A DNA stretch of 46,531 bases from assembly GCA_015068335.1 (NCBI GenBank), contig SVKT01000001.1, positions 1 to 46,531 on the forward strand. Direction: 5' to 3'. Source of the stretch: Oscillospiraceae bacterium. Its GTDB lineage: Bacteria > Bacillota > Clostridia > Oscillospirales > Oscillospiraceae. Within the stretch, counting starts at the first letter, position 1; the number at the start of each line of letters is the position of its first letter. This document shows, in pieces, positions 8,434 to 17,974 of the stretch. The notes beneath the pieces were generated by a model, which searched no databases, was not told the DNA's origin, and was given only the letters and a program-made list of their open reading frames with translations. Both the position numbers and the translations under genes were made by a program.

Positions 8434-10434
8434 ATGGCTGCGAAGAAGCAAGATTACGGCAATGAGAGCATTTCGTCCCTGAAAGGCGCGGACCGCGTCC
8501 GGAAGCGCCCGGGCGTGATGCTGGGATCCGATGGACTGGATGCCTGTGAGCATACCGTGTTTGAGATCCTCTCCAACTCCATCGATGAAGCCAGAGCGGG
8601 GTATGGCACGACCATTACCGTCACCCGCTACGCCGACCGCTCCATCGAGGTGGAGGATGCCGGCCGCGGCTGCCCCGTGGACTGGAACGAGAAGGAGCAG
8701 CGGTACAACTGGGAACTGGTGTACTGCGAACTGTATGCCGGCGGCAAGTACAACACCACTGACGATGACAACTATGAATGTCCTCTGGGTCTCAACGGTC
8801 TGGGCGCCTGTGCCACCCAGTACTCCTCCCGCTATATGGATGTGACCGTCTGGCGTGACGGCTATGAGTATGCCCTGCATTTTGAGCGGGGCGAAAACGT
8901 GGGCGGACTGACGAAGACGGAACTGCCGAAAAACGGGAAGAAGAAAACCGGCACCCGCGCCCGCTGGCTGCCGGATCTGGACGTGTTTACCGACATTGAC
9001 ATTCCCGCCGAATATTTCACCGACGTGATGAAGCGGCAGGCGGTGGTCAACGCGGGCATTACCTTCCTCTTCCGCAACGAGGTTGCGCCCGGCAAGTTTG
9101 AGGAAACGGAATTCCTTTACGAAACCGGTATCAGCGGCTATGTGGAGGAGTTGTCAGGAGAGGGCGGCCTGACCGCACCGGTCTTCTGGCAGACGGAGCG
9201 GCGGGGCCGCGACCGCGCGGACAAGGACGAATACAAGGTGAAACTCAGTTGCGCCCTGTGTTTTTCCAACCGGGTGCAGGTCATCGAACACTATCACAAC
9301 TCCGGATGGATGGAGCACGGCGGCAGCCCGGAAAAAGCCACCCGATCCGCCTTCGTTTCCGCCATCGACAAATACCTCAAAGAGCAGAATAAGTATCAGA
9401 AAAACGAGGGCCGCATCACCTGGACGGACATTGAGGACTGTCTTGTGCTGGTGAGCAACAACTTCTCCACCCAGACCAGTTACGAAAACCAGACCAAGAA
9501 GTCCATCGACAATAAATTCGTGCAGGAGGCTATGACCGAGTTCCTGCGTACCAATCTGGAAATCTATTTTATCGAAAACCACTTTGATGCGGAGAAGATC
9601 GCCGAACAGGTTCTGGCCAACAAGCGCTCCCGGGAAGGCGCCGAGAAGCAGCGCCTGAACCTCAAAAAGACCCTGACGGACAAGATCAGCATTGCCGACC
9701 GGGTGCAGAAGTTCGTGGACTGCCGCTCCAAGGATGTGAGCAAACGCGAGATCTACATCGTGGAGGGCGACTCCGCACTGGGCAGCGTCAAGCAGGGCCG
9801 GGATGCGGAGTATCAGGGGATTATGCCGGTGCGCGGCAAGATCCTCAACTGCCTGAAAGCGGACTATGCCCGCATCTTCAAAAGCGAGATCATCACCGAT
9901 CTGATCCGCGTGCTGGGCTGCGGTGTGGAGGTGCAGAACAAGCACGTCAAGGGCGTCGCGGCCTTCGACCTGGCCAACCTGCGCTGGAACAAGGTGGTCA
10001 TCTGCACCGACGGTGATGTGGACGGCTTCCAGATCCGCACCCTGATCCTGACGATGCTCTACCGCCTGACCCCCACCCTCATCCGCGAGGGCTGCGTCTA
10101 TATTGCGGAAACGCCGCTGTTTGAGATCAAGTGCGGCGAAAAGACCTGGTTCGCCTACTCCGACAAGGAGAAGAACGACATCCTCCGCGATTTGGAGGGC
10201 ACCAACCGGAAAGTCAAAGTCAACCGCTCCAAGGGTCTTGGCGAAAACGAGCCGGAGATGATGTGGCTGACCACGATGAACCCCGAGAGCCGCCGCCTGA
10301 TCCGGGTGATGCCGGAGGATGCGGAGCGGACGGCGGAGATGTTCGATCTGCTGCTGGGTGAAGACCTGCAAGGCAGAAAGGACTATATCGCCGAAAACGG
10401 TTACAAGTATCTGGAAATGGCCGATATTTCTTAA
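8434..10434 (+). CDS. Type IIA topoisomerase subunit B (GyrB/ParE family, probably Topo IV)
   Basis: VRKRPG, EILSNSIDE, EGDSA, PVRGKILN, DGDVDG and RSKGLGE motifs. Confidence 0.93.
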   Translation: MAAKKQDYGNESISSLKGADRVRKRPGVMLGSDGLDACEHTVFEILSNSIDEARAGYGTTITVTRYADRSIEVEDAGRGCPVDWNEKEQRYNWELVYCELYAGGKYNTTDDDNYECPLGLNGLGACATQYSSRYMDVTVWRDGYEYALHFERGENVGGLTKTELPKNGKKKTGTRARWLPDLDVFTDIDIPAEYFTDVMKRQAVVNAGITFLFRNEVAPGKFEETEFLYETGISGYVEELSGEGGLTAPVFWQTERRGRDRADKDEYKVKLSCALCFSNRVQVIEHYHNSGWMEHGGSPEKATRSAFVSAIDKYLKEQNKYQKNEGRITWTDIEDCLVLVSNNFSTQTSYENQTKKSIDNKFVQEAMTEFLRTNLEIYFIENHFDAEKIAEQVLANKRSREGAEKQRLNLKKTLTDKISIADRVQKFVDCRSKDVSKREIYIVEGDSALGSVKQGRDAEYQGIMPVRGKILNCLKADYARIFKSEIITDLIRVLGCGVEVQNKHVKGVAAFDLANLRWNKVVICTDGDVDGFQIRTLILTMLYRLTPTLIREGCVYIAETPLFEIKCGEKTWFAYSDKEKNDILRDLEGTNRKVKVNRSKGLGENEPEMMWLTTMNPESRRLIRVMPEDAERTAEMFDLLLGEDLQGRKDYIAENGYKYLEMADIS

Positions 10435-10446
10435 ACGATAGGAGAA

Positions 10447-10740
10447 ATGAATATGGAAAACCTGATTTTACACGTCTATTACACCTGCAAGCCCGGTATG
10501 GCCCAGACCTTCGTCAAGGCGGTAAAGGACTGTGGCGCACAGGCCAAGGTCCACGCGGAGGATGGCTGCTTCCAGTATGACTATTCCCTCTCCTGCGAGC
10601 AGGCCGACACCGTGGTTTTGATGGAGCGCTGGCGCGACGCCGCGGCGCTGGAAAAGCATATGGCCCAGCCCCATATGGGCGAGATCAACGCCCTGAAACA
10701 GCAATATGTGGACGAAGTGAAGATCGAGCGTTACGAGTAA
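10447..10740 (+). CDS. ABM-family putative quinol monooxygenase
   Basis: AEDGCFQYDY...ERWRDAAALEKHMAQPH. Confidence 0.85.
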   Translation: MNMENLILHVYYTCKPGMAQTFVKAVKDCGAQAKVHAEDGCFQYDYSLSCEQADTVVLMERWRDAAALEKHMAQPHMGEINALKQQYVDEVKIERYE

Positions 10741-10764
10741 GATCTTTCTGCGGAAAGGAACACA

Positions 10765-13014
10765 ATGGCTAGAAAGAAGCAGCCGGAGAATACCCGGCCG
10801 AAAGTGAATAACCCCAATGTGATGGGCCTGCGGGCAGAGGTGATGGAGCAGCCCATCACCGAAACGCTGGAAACCAACTATATGCCCTACGCGATGTCGG
10901 TCATCGTCTCCCGCGCCATTCCGGAGATCGACGGCTTCAAGCCCTCCCACCGGAAACTGCTCTACACGATGTACCGGCGCGGTCTGCTGAACGGGGATAT
11001 GATCAAGTCTGCCACCATCGTGGGTCAGACGATGAGCCTGCACCCCCACGGCGACGCGGCGATCTATGAAACGATGGTGCGCCTGGCCCGGGGCAACGGT
11101 GCGCTGCTGACGCCCTTTGTGGATTCCAAGGGCAACTTCGGCAAGCGCTATTCCCGGGATATGGCCTATGCCGCTCCCCGCTATACCGAGGCGAAACTGA
11201 CCCCCATCTGCGCGGAACTGTTCCGCGACATTGACAGCGACACCGTGGATTTTGTGGACAACTACGACAACACCCTGAAAGAGCCGGTGCTGCTGCCCAC
11301 CACCTTCCCCAACATTCTGGTTTCCGCCAACAGCGGCATCGCCGTGGGTATGGCGTCCCAGTTCTGCGGTTTCAACCTGAAAGAAGTCTGCGACACCACG
11401 GTGGCCTACCTGAAAAACCCCGACTGCGACCTGACGGAGACCCTGCTGGCGCCCGATTTCCCCACCGGCGGCGAACTGATCTATGATGCCAATACCATCA
11501 ACGAGATCTACAACACCGGCCGGGGCAGCGTGAAGGTGCGGGCGAAGTATCGCTACGTCAAGGAGCAGAATCTGATCGAGATCTACGAGATCCCCTACTC
11601 CACCCAGATCGAGGTCATTCTGGACAAGGTGGCGGAACTCATCAAACAGGGCAAGGTCAATAAAGAGATCGCCGATATGCGCGACGAGACCGACCTCTCC
11701 GGCCTGAAACTGACCATCGACCTGAAACGAGGCGTCGACCCCGACAAACTGATGGCGAAACTGTTCAAGTCCACCCCGTTGGAGGACTCCTTCCCCTGTA
11801 ACTTCAACGTTCTCATTGGCGGCAGTCCGCAGGTGCTGGGCGTGCGGCAGATCCTGGAAGAGTGGTGCGCCTGGCGTACCGAGTCCGTCCGCCGGCGCAT
11901 TTACTTCGTTCTGCAAAAGAAGAAGGACAAACTGCACCTGCTCAAAGGCCTCAAACGCATCCTGCTGGATATCGACAAGGCCATCCGCATCATCCGGGAG
12001 ACCGAGGAGGAGGCTGAGGTCATCCCCAACCTGATGATCGGCTTCGGCATCGACCAGATCCAGGCGGAGTACGTGGCGGAGATCAAACTGCGCAACATCA
12101 ACAAGGAGTATATCCTCAAACGGACCCAGGAGACCGACGCCCTGCGGGACGAGATCGACGATCTGGAAGACACCCTGAAAGACCCCAAGCGGGTGAAGAA
12201 GATCCTCGTAGACGAACTGAGCGAGGTGGCGAAGAAGTACGGCGAGCCCCGCCGCACCTCCATCGTCTACGGTCACGAGATCGAGTCCTATGCGGCAGAG
12301 GAGGCGGAGGAGGAGTATCCCGTCCACATTTTCCTTTCCAGAGAGGGCTACTTCAAGAAGATCACGCCCCTGTCCCTGCGGATGGGCGGCGAGCAGAAGT
12401 TCAAGGAGGGCGACGGTCTGCGCCAGACCTTCGAGACCACGTCCAACGCCGAGATTATGTTCTTTACCGACAAGTGTCAGGTGTACAAGACCCGCCTGGG
12501 CGAATTCGACGATGCCAAGGCCAGCGTTTTGGGCGACTATCTGCCTGCCAAATTGGGTATGGACGCCGGAGAAAACGTGGTGTACGCCGTGCTGCCCGGT
12601 GACTATTCCGGCTCGCTGCTGTTCTTCTTCGCAAACGGCAAGGCGGCCCGAGTGGATCTTTCTGCTTACAAGACCACGTCCAACCGCCGCAAACTTACCG
12701 GCGCCTATTCCGACAAGGCGCCGCTGTGCAGCATCTGCCGCATCGATCAGGACCGGGAACTGGCGGTCTACTCCACGGAGCCCCGCTGCCTGATCTTCCA
12801 CACGGCGCTGCTCGCCCCCAAGGCCACCCGCGCCACCCAGGGCGTGGCGGTGATGAATATGAAGCCCAGGTATCAGTTGGAAACGGTGAAGCCGGTGGAG
12901 GAGACCTCCATCGCCAACCACAGCCGCTACCGCGCCCGCAACATTCCCGCCGCCGGCGCACTGCTGCGGCAGGAGGATTCCGAGGAGCAGCAGATCGGCG
13001 GCCTGCTTGATTAA
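10765..13014 (+). CDS. Type IIA topoisomerase subunit A (GyrA/ParC family, probably Topo IV)
   Basis: DGFKPSHRK, HPHGD and AAPRYTE (catalytic Tyr); no GyrA-box seen. Confidence 0.93.
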   Translation: MARKKQPENTRPKVNNPNVMGLRAEVMEQPITETLETNYMPYAMSVIVSRAIPEIDGFKPSHRKLLYTMYRRGLLNGDMIKSATIVGQTMSLHPHGDAAIYETMVRLARGNGALLTPFVDSKGNFGKRYSRDMAYAAPRYTEAKLTPICAELFRDIDSDTVDFVDNYDNTLKEPVLLPTTFPNILVSANSGIAVGMASQFCGFNLKEVCDTTVAYLKNPDCDLTETLLAPDFPTGGELIYDANTINEIYNTGRGSVKVRAKYRYVKEQNLIEIYEIPYSTQIEVILDKVAELIKQGKVNKEIADMRDETDLSGLKLTIDLKRGVDPDKLMAKLFKSTPLEDSFPCNFNVLIGGSPQVLGVRQILEEWCAWRTESVRRRIYFVLQKKKDKLHLLKGLKRILLDIDKAIRIIRETEEEAEVIPNLMIGFGIDQIQAEYVAEIKLRNINKEYILKRTQETDALRDEIDDLEDTLKDPKRVKKILVDELSEVAKKYGEPRRTSIVYGHEIESYAAEEAEEEYPVHIFLSREGYFKKITPLSLRMGGEQKFKEGDGLRQTFETTSNAEIMFFTDKCQVYKTRLGEFDDAKASVLGDYLPAKLGMDAGENVVYAVLPGDYSGSLLFFFANGKAARVDLSAYKTTSNRRKLTGAYSDKAPLCSICRIDQDRELAVYSTEPRCLIFHTALLAPKATRATQGVAVMNMKPRYQLETVKPVEETSIANHSRYRARNIPAAGALLRQEDSEEQQIGGLLD

Positions 13015-13028
13015 AAGGAGGATTCGTT

Positions 13029-13619
13029 ATGGCATTTGAAACAGTAAAGAAAAATCTGGAAGATCGCGGCTATGGCGTGCAGGTGTTTGCCACCGCAGCG
13101 GAGGCTGCCGCTTATCTGAACGAACAGATCGACGGAAAGACGGTGGGCTTCGGCGGCTCTATGACCCTGAAAGATATGGGGCTGTATGAACTGCTGGGCA
13201 GCCACAACGAAACCCATTGGCATTGGGTGGACGGGCCTGCCGCCCGCACCCGGGCCAAGGATGCGCAGGTCTACCTGACCTCTGCCAACGGTCTGGCCGA
13301 AAACGGCGACATCATCAACATCGACGGCGCCGGCAACCGGGTGGCTTCCACCCTGTTCGGCCACGAGAAGGTGTACATCGTGATCGGCCGCAACAAACTG
13401 GCGCCTACTTATGAAGAAGCCCTCTGGCGCGCCCGCAACATCGCCGCGCCGAAAAACGCCCAGCGTCTGGAAAGAAAGACCCCCTGTGCCGTCAGCGGCG
13501 ATCGCTGCTATGACTGCAAGAGTCCTGACCGCATCTGCCGCGGACTGGTGGTTCTGTGGGGCCCTATGATGGGTATGGAAACGGAGATCGTGCTGGTAGA
13601 CGAAGATCTGGGTATGTAA
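13029..13619 (+). CDS. LUD-domain (lactate utilization LutB/C-like) protein
   Basis: GFGGSMTL, IDGAGNRVAS, and Cys cluster PCAVSGDRCYDCKSPDRIC. Confidence 0.85.
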   Translation: MAFETVKKNLEDRGYGVQVFATAAEAAAYLNEQIDGKTVGFGGSMTLKDMGLYELLGSHNETHWHWVDGPAARTRAKDAQVYLTSANGLAENGDIINIDGAGNRVASTLFGHEKVYIVIGRNKLAPTYEEALWRARNIAAPKNAQRLERKTPCAVSGDRCYDCKSPDRICRGLVVLWGPMMGMETEIVLVDEDLGM

Positions 13620-13649
13620 ATGCCGGAAAAAAGGGGAGGAGGTGTGTCC

Positions 13650-14387
13650 TTGAAGATTCGATTGCTGGCGCTGGTTCTGGCGGTGCTGTCCCTGACGGGA
13701 TGCGCCTCCCTGCTGGAACGCGAGTATACCGTGGCGGAGCCCCACAGCAGCAAGTTCTGGGAAAGCGGAGCCACGGCAACGCTGCGTGCGGAAAACCGGC
13801 AGGACATCGTGAATGATCTGCTGCTCCTGATCGGACAGCATACGGAAAAGGCGACCATCCGGCTGTATAACTACGATGACGATCTGATGGTTTCCGACGT
13901 GCTGGACCGTGCCATCGTGGAGGTTCGGCAGGACACGGCAATGGGCGCCTACGCGGTGGAATTCATTACCGCCACGATGACCCATACCCAGCGGACGTAC
14001 TATGAAATTCAGGTGCAGATCAGTTACCGTCGCACAGCGGAGCAGATTCAGGCTGTGGCCAACGCCACCAGTCCGGAGGCGGTATACAGCCTGCTCCGCA
14101 CTGCCATTGCCGAGGAAAAACCGGAACTGGTGGTCCGCGTGGGCTACTGGGGACTGGAAGGCAGAGAGCGCGTGGAGGCCGCCGTGGCGCAGTTGCGGGA
14201 GGAAGAAGGGTTGACGGATGAGGATACGCCCTGGCTGATCTGCTATTATCCCGCCGACCGCCCCGTGGGCCTGCTGGAATTTGTTCTGGAACCCACGGAG
14301 GAGCAGGTCGAGGCGTGGCTGGCGGAGGAGACCGGCGGTCTGACGGAAGAAATGCCGGAAAATGCGGCGCTTCCGGAAGGACAATAA
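13650..14387 (+). CDS. Putative lipoprotein, function unknown
   Basis: TTG start after GGAGG; lipobox LTGC. Confidence 0.7.
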   Translation: MKIRLLALVLAVLSLTGCASLLEREYTVAEPHSSKFWESGATATLRAENRQDIVNDLLLLIGQHTEKATIRLYNYDDDLMVSDVLDRAIVEVRQDTAMGAYAVEFITATMTHTQRTYYEIQVQISYRRTAEQIQAVANATSPEAVYSLLRTAIAEEKPELVVRVGYWGLEGRERVEAAVAQLREEEGLTDEDTPWLICYYPADRPVGLLEFVLEPTEEQVEAWLAEETGGLTEEMPENAALPEGQ

Positions 14388-14414
14388 AACAGAAAAATTT
14401 TTGGAACAAGGGGC

Positions 14415-14443
14415 TTGACAAAGAAAAAAACTCCTGTTAAAAT
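14415..14443 (+). promoter_or_regulatory. SigA promoter of tRNA-Gly
   Basis: TTGACA-N17-TAAAAT. Confidence 0.8.
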
Positions 14444-14456
14444 AGCCCTTGTTCTC

Positions 14457-14532
14457 GCGGGCTTAGCTCATCTGGTAGAGCGCCACCTTGCCAAGGTGGA
14501 GGTAGCGAGTTCGAGCCTCGTAGCCCGCTCCA
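14457..14532 (+). tRNA. tRNA-Gly(GCC)
   Basis: Cloverleaf with anticodon loop TTGCCAA, GTTCGAG T-loop and CCA end. Confidence 0.96.
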
Positions 14533-14571
14533 AAAAGAAACTCCATCCGTGAGGATGGAGTTTTCTTTTTG
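14533..14571 (+). terminator. Terminator after tRNA-Gly
   Basis: AAACTCCATCC-GTGA-GGATGGAGTTT followed by a T run. Confidence 0.75.
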
Positions 14572-14688
14572 CAACGAGAGATGTATTTGCAGAATTCGCT
14601 ACCTCCACCCAAGCGCGAAGCGCTTTTCAATCCGAGGTGCGTGCAGGGTTCCTGCGAATTGCCGCAGGCGGTTCGCGGGATGCCGGGA

Positions 14689-14717
14689 AGCGAGTTCGAG
14701 CCTCGTAGCCCGCTCCA
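14689..14717 (+). repeat. 29-bp direct repeat of the tRNA-Gly 3' end
   Basis: AGCGAGTTCGAGCCTCGTAGCCCGCTCCA is identical to 14504-14532. Confidence 0.9.
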
Positions 14718-15045
14718 CACTCGTCGCAAGCGTCATATCGCTTGCGACGACTTTTTTGTAAAAGTCATCGCGCACTCATTCTGCTGCGCCTCGTGTTCCC
14801 ACCGCAAACACTGCGCTGGTTTGCGGCGGGAGCCCTGTGCAGTCTCCATCCGAAAGGATGGAGTTTTCTTTTTGTAATGAGACGTCGGAGAACTCGCTGC
14901 CGAACACCGTCGTGCCGGAAGCCGCAAATCGTGGCACTTCCTCGAAAGCGAGGCGCTGAATCCACCGCGGGCGGCGCTGGCCTCGCTTTCCACCCAAGCG
15001 CAAAGGAAACCCCCGCCTGCCATCGACAGGCGGGGGTTGAAGAAA

Positions 15046-15930
15046 TCAGTCCAGTTTCCGGACGAAGTTGCCGTAGATGCGGGTGCCTTCCTGCACGGTC
15101 AGAAAGGCGTTGGGGTCGATGGTGTGGACGGTGTGGAGGAGTTCTTCGATCTCGTACTTGGAAAGGCACACGCACAGCACGTGGAGATCCTTGCCGCTGT
15201 ATGCGCCGGTGCCGGTCCAGTAGGTGACGCTGCGGTCCAGTTTTTCGATGATGAAGCGGCCCAGTTTGCCCTCGTCCTCCCGGGTGAAGATCAGCGCCTG
15301 GACGTTGATGTTCTGCTTGTGCATCCGGTCCATAACGATGGAGGCAAAGAAGTTGTAGATGACAGAGTAGATGGCCACCTCCGGCACAAAGAGAACCAGG
15401 CAGGCTGCGTACAGGAAGATGTTGAAAAACAGGGAGAAGCGCCCCACGGTGATGCCGCTGCCGCGCTTGCTCAGGCACAGACCGATGATGTCCAGGCCAC
15501 CGCTGCTGCAACCGCAGGTCAGAACCAATCCGCCGCCCACGCCGGTCAGGATGCCGCCCAGCAGGCAGCCGGTCAGATAATCGCTGACGATGGGCTGCGC
15601 AGGGGTGGGGATGAGGCTGTAAAAGAAGGAATAGGCCACCGTGCACACCAGCGTTTTGGCCACCAGTTCTTTGCCCAACTGCTTGTAGGCGTAAAGCAGG
15701 ATGGGGATGTTGACGATAAAATAGAGGATACCCGCAATGTCGTGGGTGCCGAAACTGATGCCGGAGAAATCCATCAGCAGGGTGCGGATCAACTGGCATA
15801 CGCCCATAATGCCGCCGGAGTACATATTCAGCGGAACGACGAAAAAGTTCAGGGAGACGGCAATGATCATTTCGCCCACCAGAGCGACCACCAAACGAAG
15901 CCACCGGTGGTGCAGCGTATTGTACAGCAT
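15046..15930 (-). CDS. YitT family membrane protein (C-terminal DUF2179)
   Basis: SGGIMGV, NIPILL, SSGGLDI and GTGAYSG...IDPNAF motifs. Confidence 0.9.
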   Translation of the reverse strand: MLYNTLHHRWLRLVVALVGEMIIAVSLNFFVVPLNMYSGGIMGVCQLIRTLLMDFSGISFGTHDIAGILYFIVNIPILLYAYKQLGKELVAKTLVCTVAYSFFYSLIPTPAQPIVSDYLTGCLLGGILTGVGGGLVLTCGCSSGGLDIIGLCLSKRGSGITVGRFSLFFNIFLYAACLVLFVPEVAIYSVIYNFFASIVMDRMHKQNINVQALIFTREDEGKLGRFIIEKLDRSVTYWTGTGAYSGKDLHVLCVCLSKYEIEELLHTVHTIDPNAFLTVQEGTRIYGNFVRKLD

Positions 15931-16015
15931 AGAAAATCCTCCTTTGCGCGGTATGGATTAGGATGCCCGGATACCCTGATTATACGAATGAAACCGGGAA
16001 ACCACAAGAGAAAAA

Positions 16016-16309
16016 TCAGAGGGTGTATTGCAGACAGCGGTACAGTCGGTTCTGTGCCCGCTGCAAGGTGCGCGAAACGGTGGAACGATGCACGCCCAGT
16101 TCCCGGGCGATCTGTGCCGGGGTGAGTTGCTGCTCGTAGCGCATAAAGAGGATCTGCCGCTGCCGCGCGGTCAGTTCCGCCTCTCTTGCCTGTTGCAGAT
16201 TTCGGCGCAGACGGCGCAACTGCTCCCGGTTGTCTTCCGCGTCTTCCTGCATCCAGCGCGTTAACTGGGCCCGGCTGACCAGCGGGGAGTCAAGACACGT
16301 CCTGTTCAT
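16016..16309 (-). CDS. Sigma-70 region-4-like HTH protein
   Basis: LTARQRQILFMRY...IARELGVHRSTVSRTL. Confidence 0.8.
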   Translation of the reverse strand: MNRTCLDSPLVSRAQLTRWMQEDAEDNREQLRRLRRNLQQAREAELTARQRQILFMRYEQQLTPAQIARELGVHRSTVSRTLQRAQNRLYRCLQYTL

Positions 16310-16523
16310 AGTGCCGATTCCTCCTGTCGTAGTAATGAGCGGTCAGCGCGGCCAACTCCCGGGCCTCTTGCAGCAGAGGCAGCAGGGCGTTGATGCGGGC
16401 CTTGTATTGGCGGGCGGTCAGCGCGTCCGGTGCGGCGCGCTCTGCGGCGCGCAGTTCGGCGATGCGGAGCCGGAGGGCGGCGGCGCTGGCTGCGTATTCA
16501 ACGGACATTTCAAGCAGGGTCAT
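16290..16523 (-). CDS. Small hypothetical helical protein
   Basis: RBS AAAGGAG upstream; overlaps the HTH gene as if co-translated. Confidence 0.65.
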   Translation of the reverse strand: MTLLEMSVEYAASAAALRLRIAELRAAERAAPDALTARQYKARINALLPLLQEARELAALTAHYYDRRNRHYEQDVS

Positions 16524-16672
16524 AGGCGGGATCTCCTTTCCTGAACGAGGCGGGGCGGATGAGGGGTGAAGCAGTGCAAGGGTCGTGTCCTCCTTAAAAA
16601 ATAAGAATGAAAAAAATCTGTTGACAAACAGAAAAGTATCTGTTAGTATGTACCTTGCTGTTGGGCAGAGTT

Positions 16673-16748
16673 GCTGGTGTAGCTCAGCTGGTAGAGCAGC
16701 TGATTTGTAATCAGCAGGTCGGGGGTTCGAATCCGTCCACCAGCTCCA
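16673..16748 (+). tRNA. tRNA-Thr(TGT)
   Basis: Cloverleaf with anticodon loop TTTGTAA and CCA end; TTGACA upstream at 16621. Confidence 0.96.
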
Positions 16749-16757
16749 ACTTCATAT

Positions 16758-16842
16758 GGAGGAGTTCCAGAGCGGCCAAATGGGGCAGACTGTAAATCTG
16801 TTGTCTACGACTTCGGTGGTTCGAATCCACCCTCCTCCACCA
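16758..16842 (+). tRNA. tRNA-Tyr(GTA)
   Basis: Anticodon loop CTGTAAA, long variable arm, CCA end. Confidence 0.96.
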
Positions 16843-16966
16843 AGAAAACCGTTACACCGTCAGGTGTGACGGTTTTTCTTTTTTTCGTATGGCGAAGGGG
16901 AGCGGGAGTGAATGACGCGCCGGTGGCGCGTCAGAGCCGCGGAACGGCCCGTCCGCAGACGGGCGG

Positions 16967-16985
16967 ATCCACCCTCCTCCACCAA
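16967..16985 (+). repeat. 19-bp direct repeat of the tRNA-Tyr 3' end
   Basis: ATCCACCCTCCTCCACCAA is identical to 16825-16843. Confidence 0.85.
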
Positions 16986-17128
16986 CCCGCAAACTTCGGC
17001 TTGCGGGTTTCTCTATCGGAAAAGACCTTGCGGGAGACAGGATGCCAGTTTTACAAAATGTTCATTTGACATTGACGGCGGAAAAATTTAAGATGGGTTA
17101 CAGTGACCGAAAAAAGGAGATTTTTGTT

Positions 17129-17866
17129 ATGACCGCAAAAGAAAGCGCGCGCCGGGAATGGGAAAAACTGAAAGACCGGCCGATGCGGGAGAAACTGCAT
17201 CACCTGAAAACCTATTATTGGGGTTATTTCGCGGCGGCCGCAGTGATCCTGGTGGGCATCGGCGTGCTGGTCTATAATCACCTTACGGCAAAAGAACTAG
17301 CGTTGCAGGGCTTCTTTATGCACGCGGTCCAGAACAAGGTGGTGGCACAGGAATACGAGGAAGGCTTCGCGGAATTCGCCGGGATCGACCTGAACGAATT
17401 TGGATTCCATATGGAGGCCAACAGCGATTCTGTGGTCGGCGAGCCGGAAGCCAGTTATACCGACGGCCAGATTTTCACCGCCCGCCTTGCCGGCGGCGAA
17501 CTGGACGTCTTCGGCGGCGATATGACCGCGATGATGACATACGCCTACGGCGGATATTTCAGCGATCTTTCCCAGGTGGCGACCCCGGAGCAGATGGCTG
17601 CGTGGGAGCCGTATCTGCTGTATATGGATCGGGCCGTGTACGAGGAGATCGCCCAGAACACGGATATCGATGCCGTGTACGCCCTGCCGGAACCGAAAGA
17701 GCCGGAAACGATGAAGGAGCCCATCCCCTTTGGCCTTCATATCCCGGCGGACAGCGGTCTGCACGAGGCGTATGGATTCTATTGCGAGGACCTCGTGGTG
17801 GGTCTTGCCATCAATGTGCCCCGTCCTGCCGCCGCCGTGGCATTTCTGGAATACGCGCTGCGATAA
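17129..17866 (+). CDS. Membrane-anchored hypothetical protein, possibly solute-binding-like
   Basis: RBS AAGGAG; YYW followed by one TM helix; ELDVF..GYFSDLS motif. Confidence 0.7.
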   Translation: MTAKESARREWEKLKDRPMREKLHHLKTYYWGYFAAAAVILVGIGVLVYNHLTAKELALQGFFMHAVQNKVVAQEYEEGFAEFAGIDLNEFGFHMEANSDSVVGEPEASYTDGQIFTARLAGGELDVFGGDMTAMMTYAYGGYFSDLSQVATPEQMAAWEPYLLYMDRAVYEEIAQNTDIDAVYALPEPKEPETMKEPIPFGLHIPADSGLHEAYGFYCEDLVVGLAINVPRPAAAVAFLEYALR

Positions 17867-17897
17867 GTGCAGAGGACTGACTTTATAGAAGCATTCG

Positions 17898-17938
17898 GCA
17901 TACCATACCTGCGGTGACCGCGGTATGGTATGCTTTTT
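17898..17938 (+). terminator. Intrinsic terminator
   Basis: GCATACCATACC...GGTATGGTATGC followed by TTTTT. Confidence 0.75.
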
Positions 17939-17974
17939 GCATTTGGAAGAAGTTTGTCCGCGGGTGGTGAAGTC

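Noticed and set aside
14689-14717. Second tRNA-Gly gene or attR of a large island
   Set aside because: Only the 3' 29 nt are present, and the enclosed segment is ~155 bp with no integrase.
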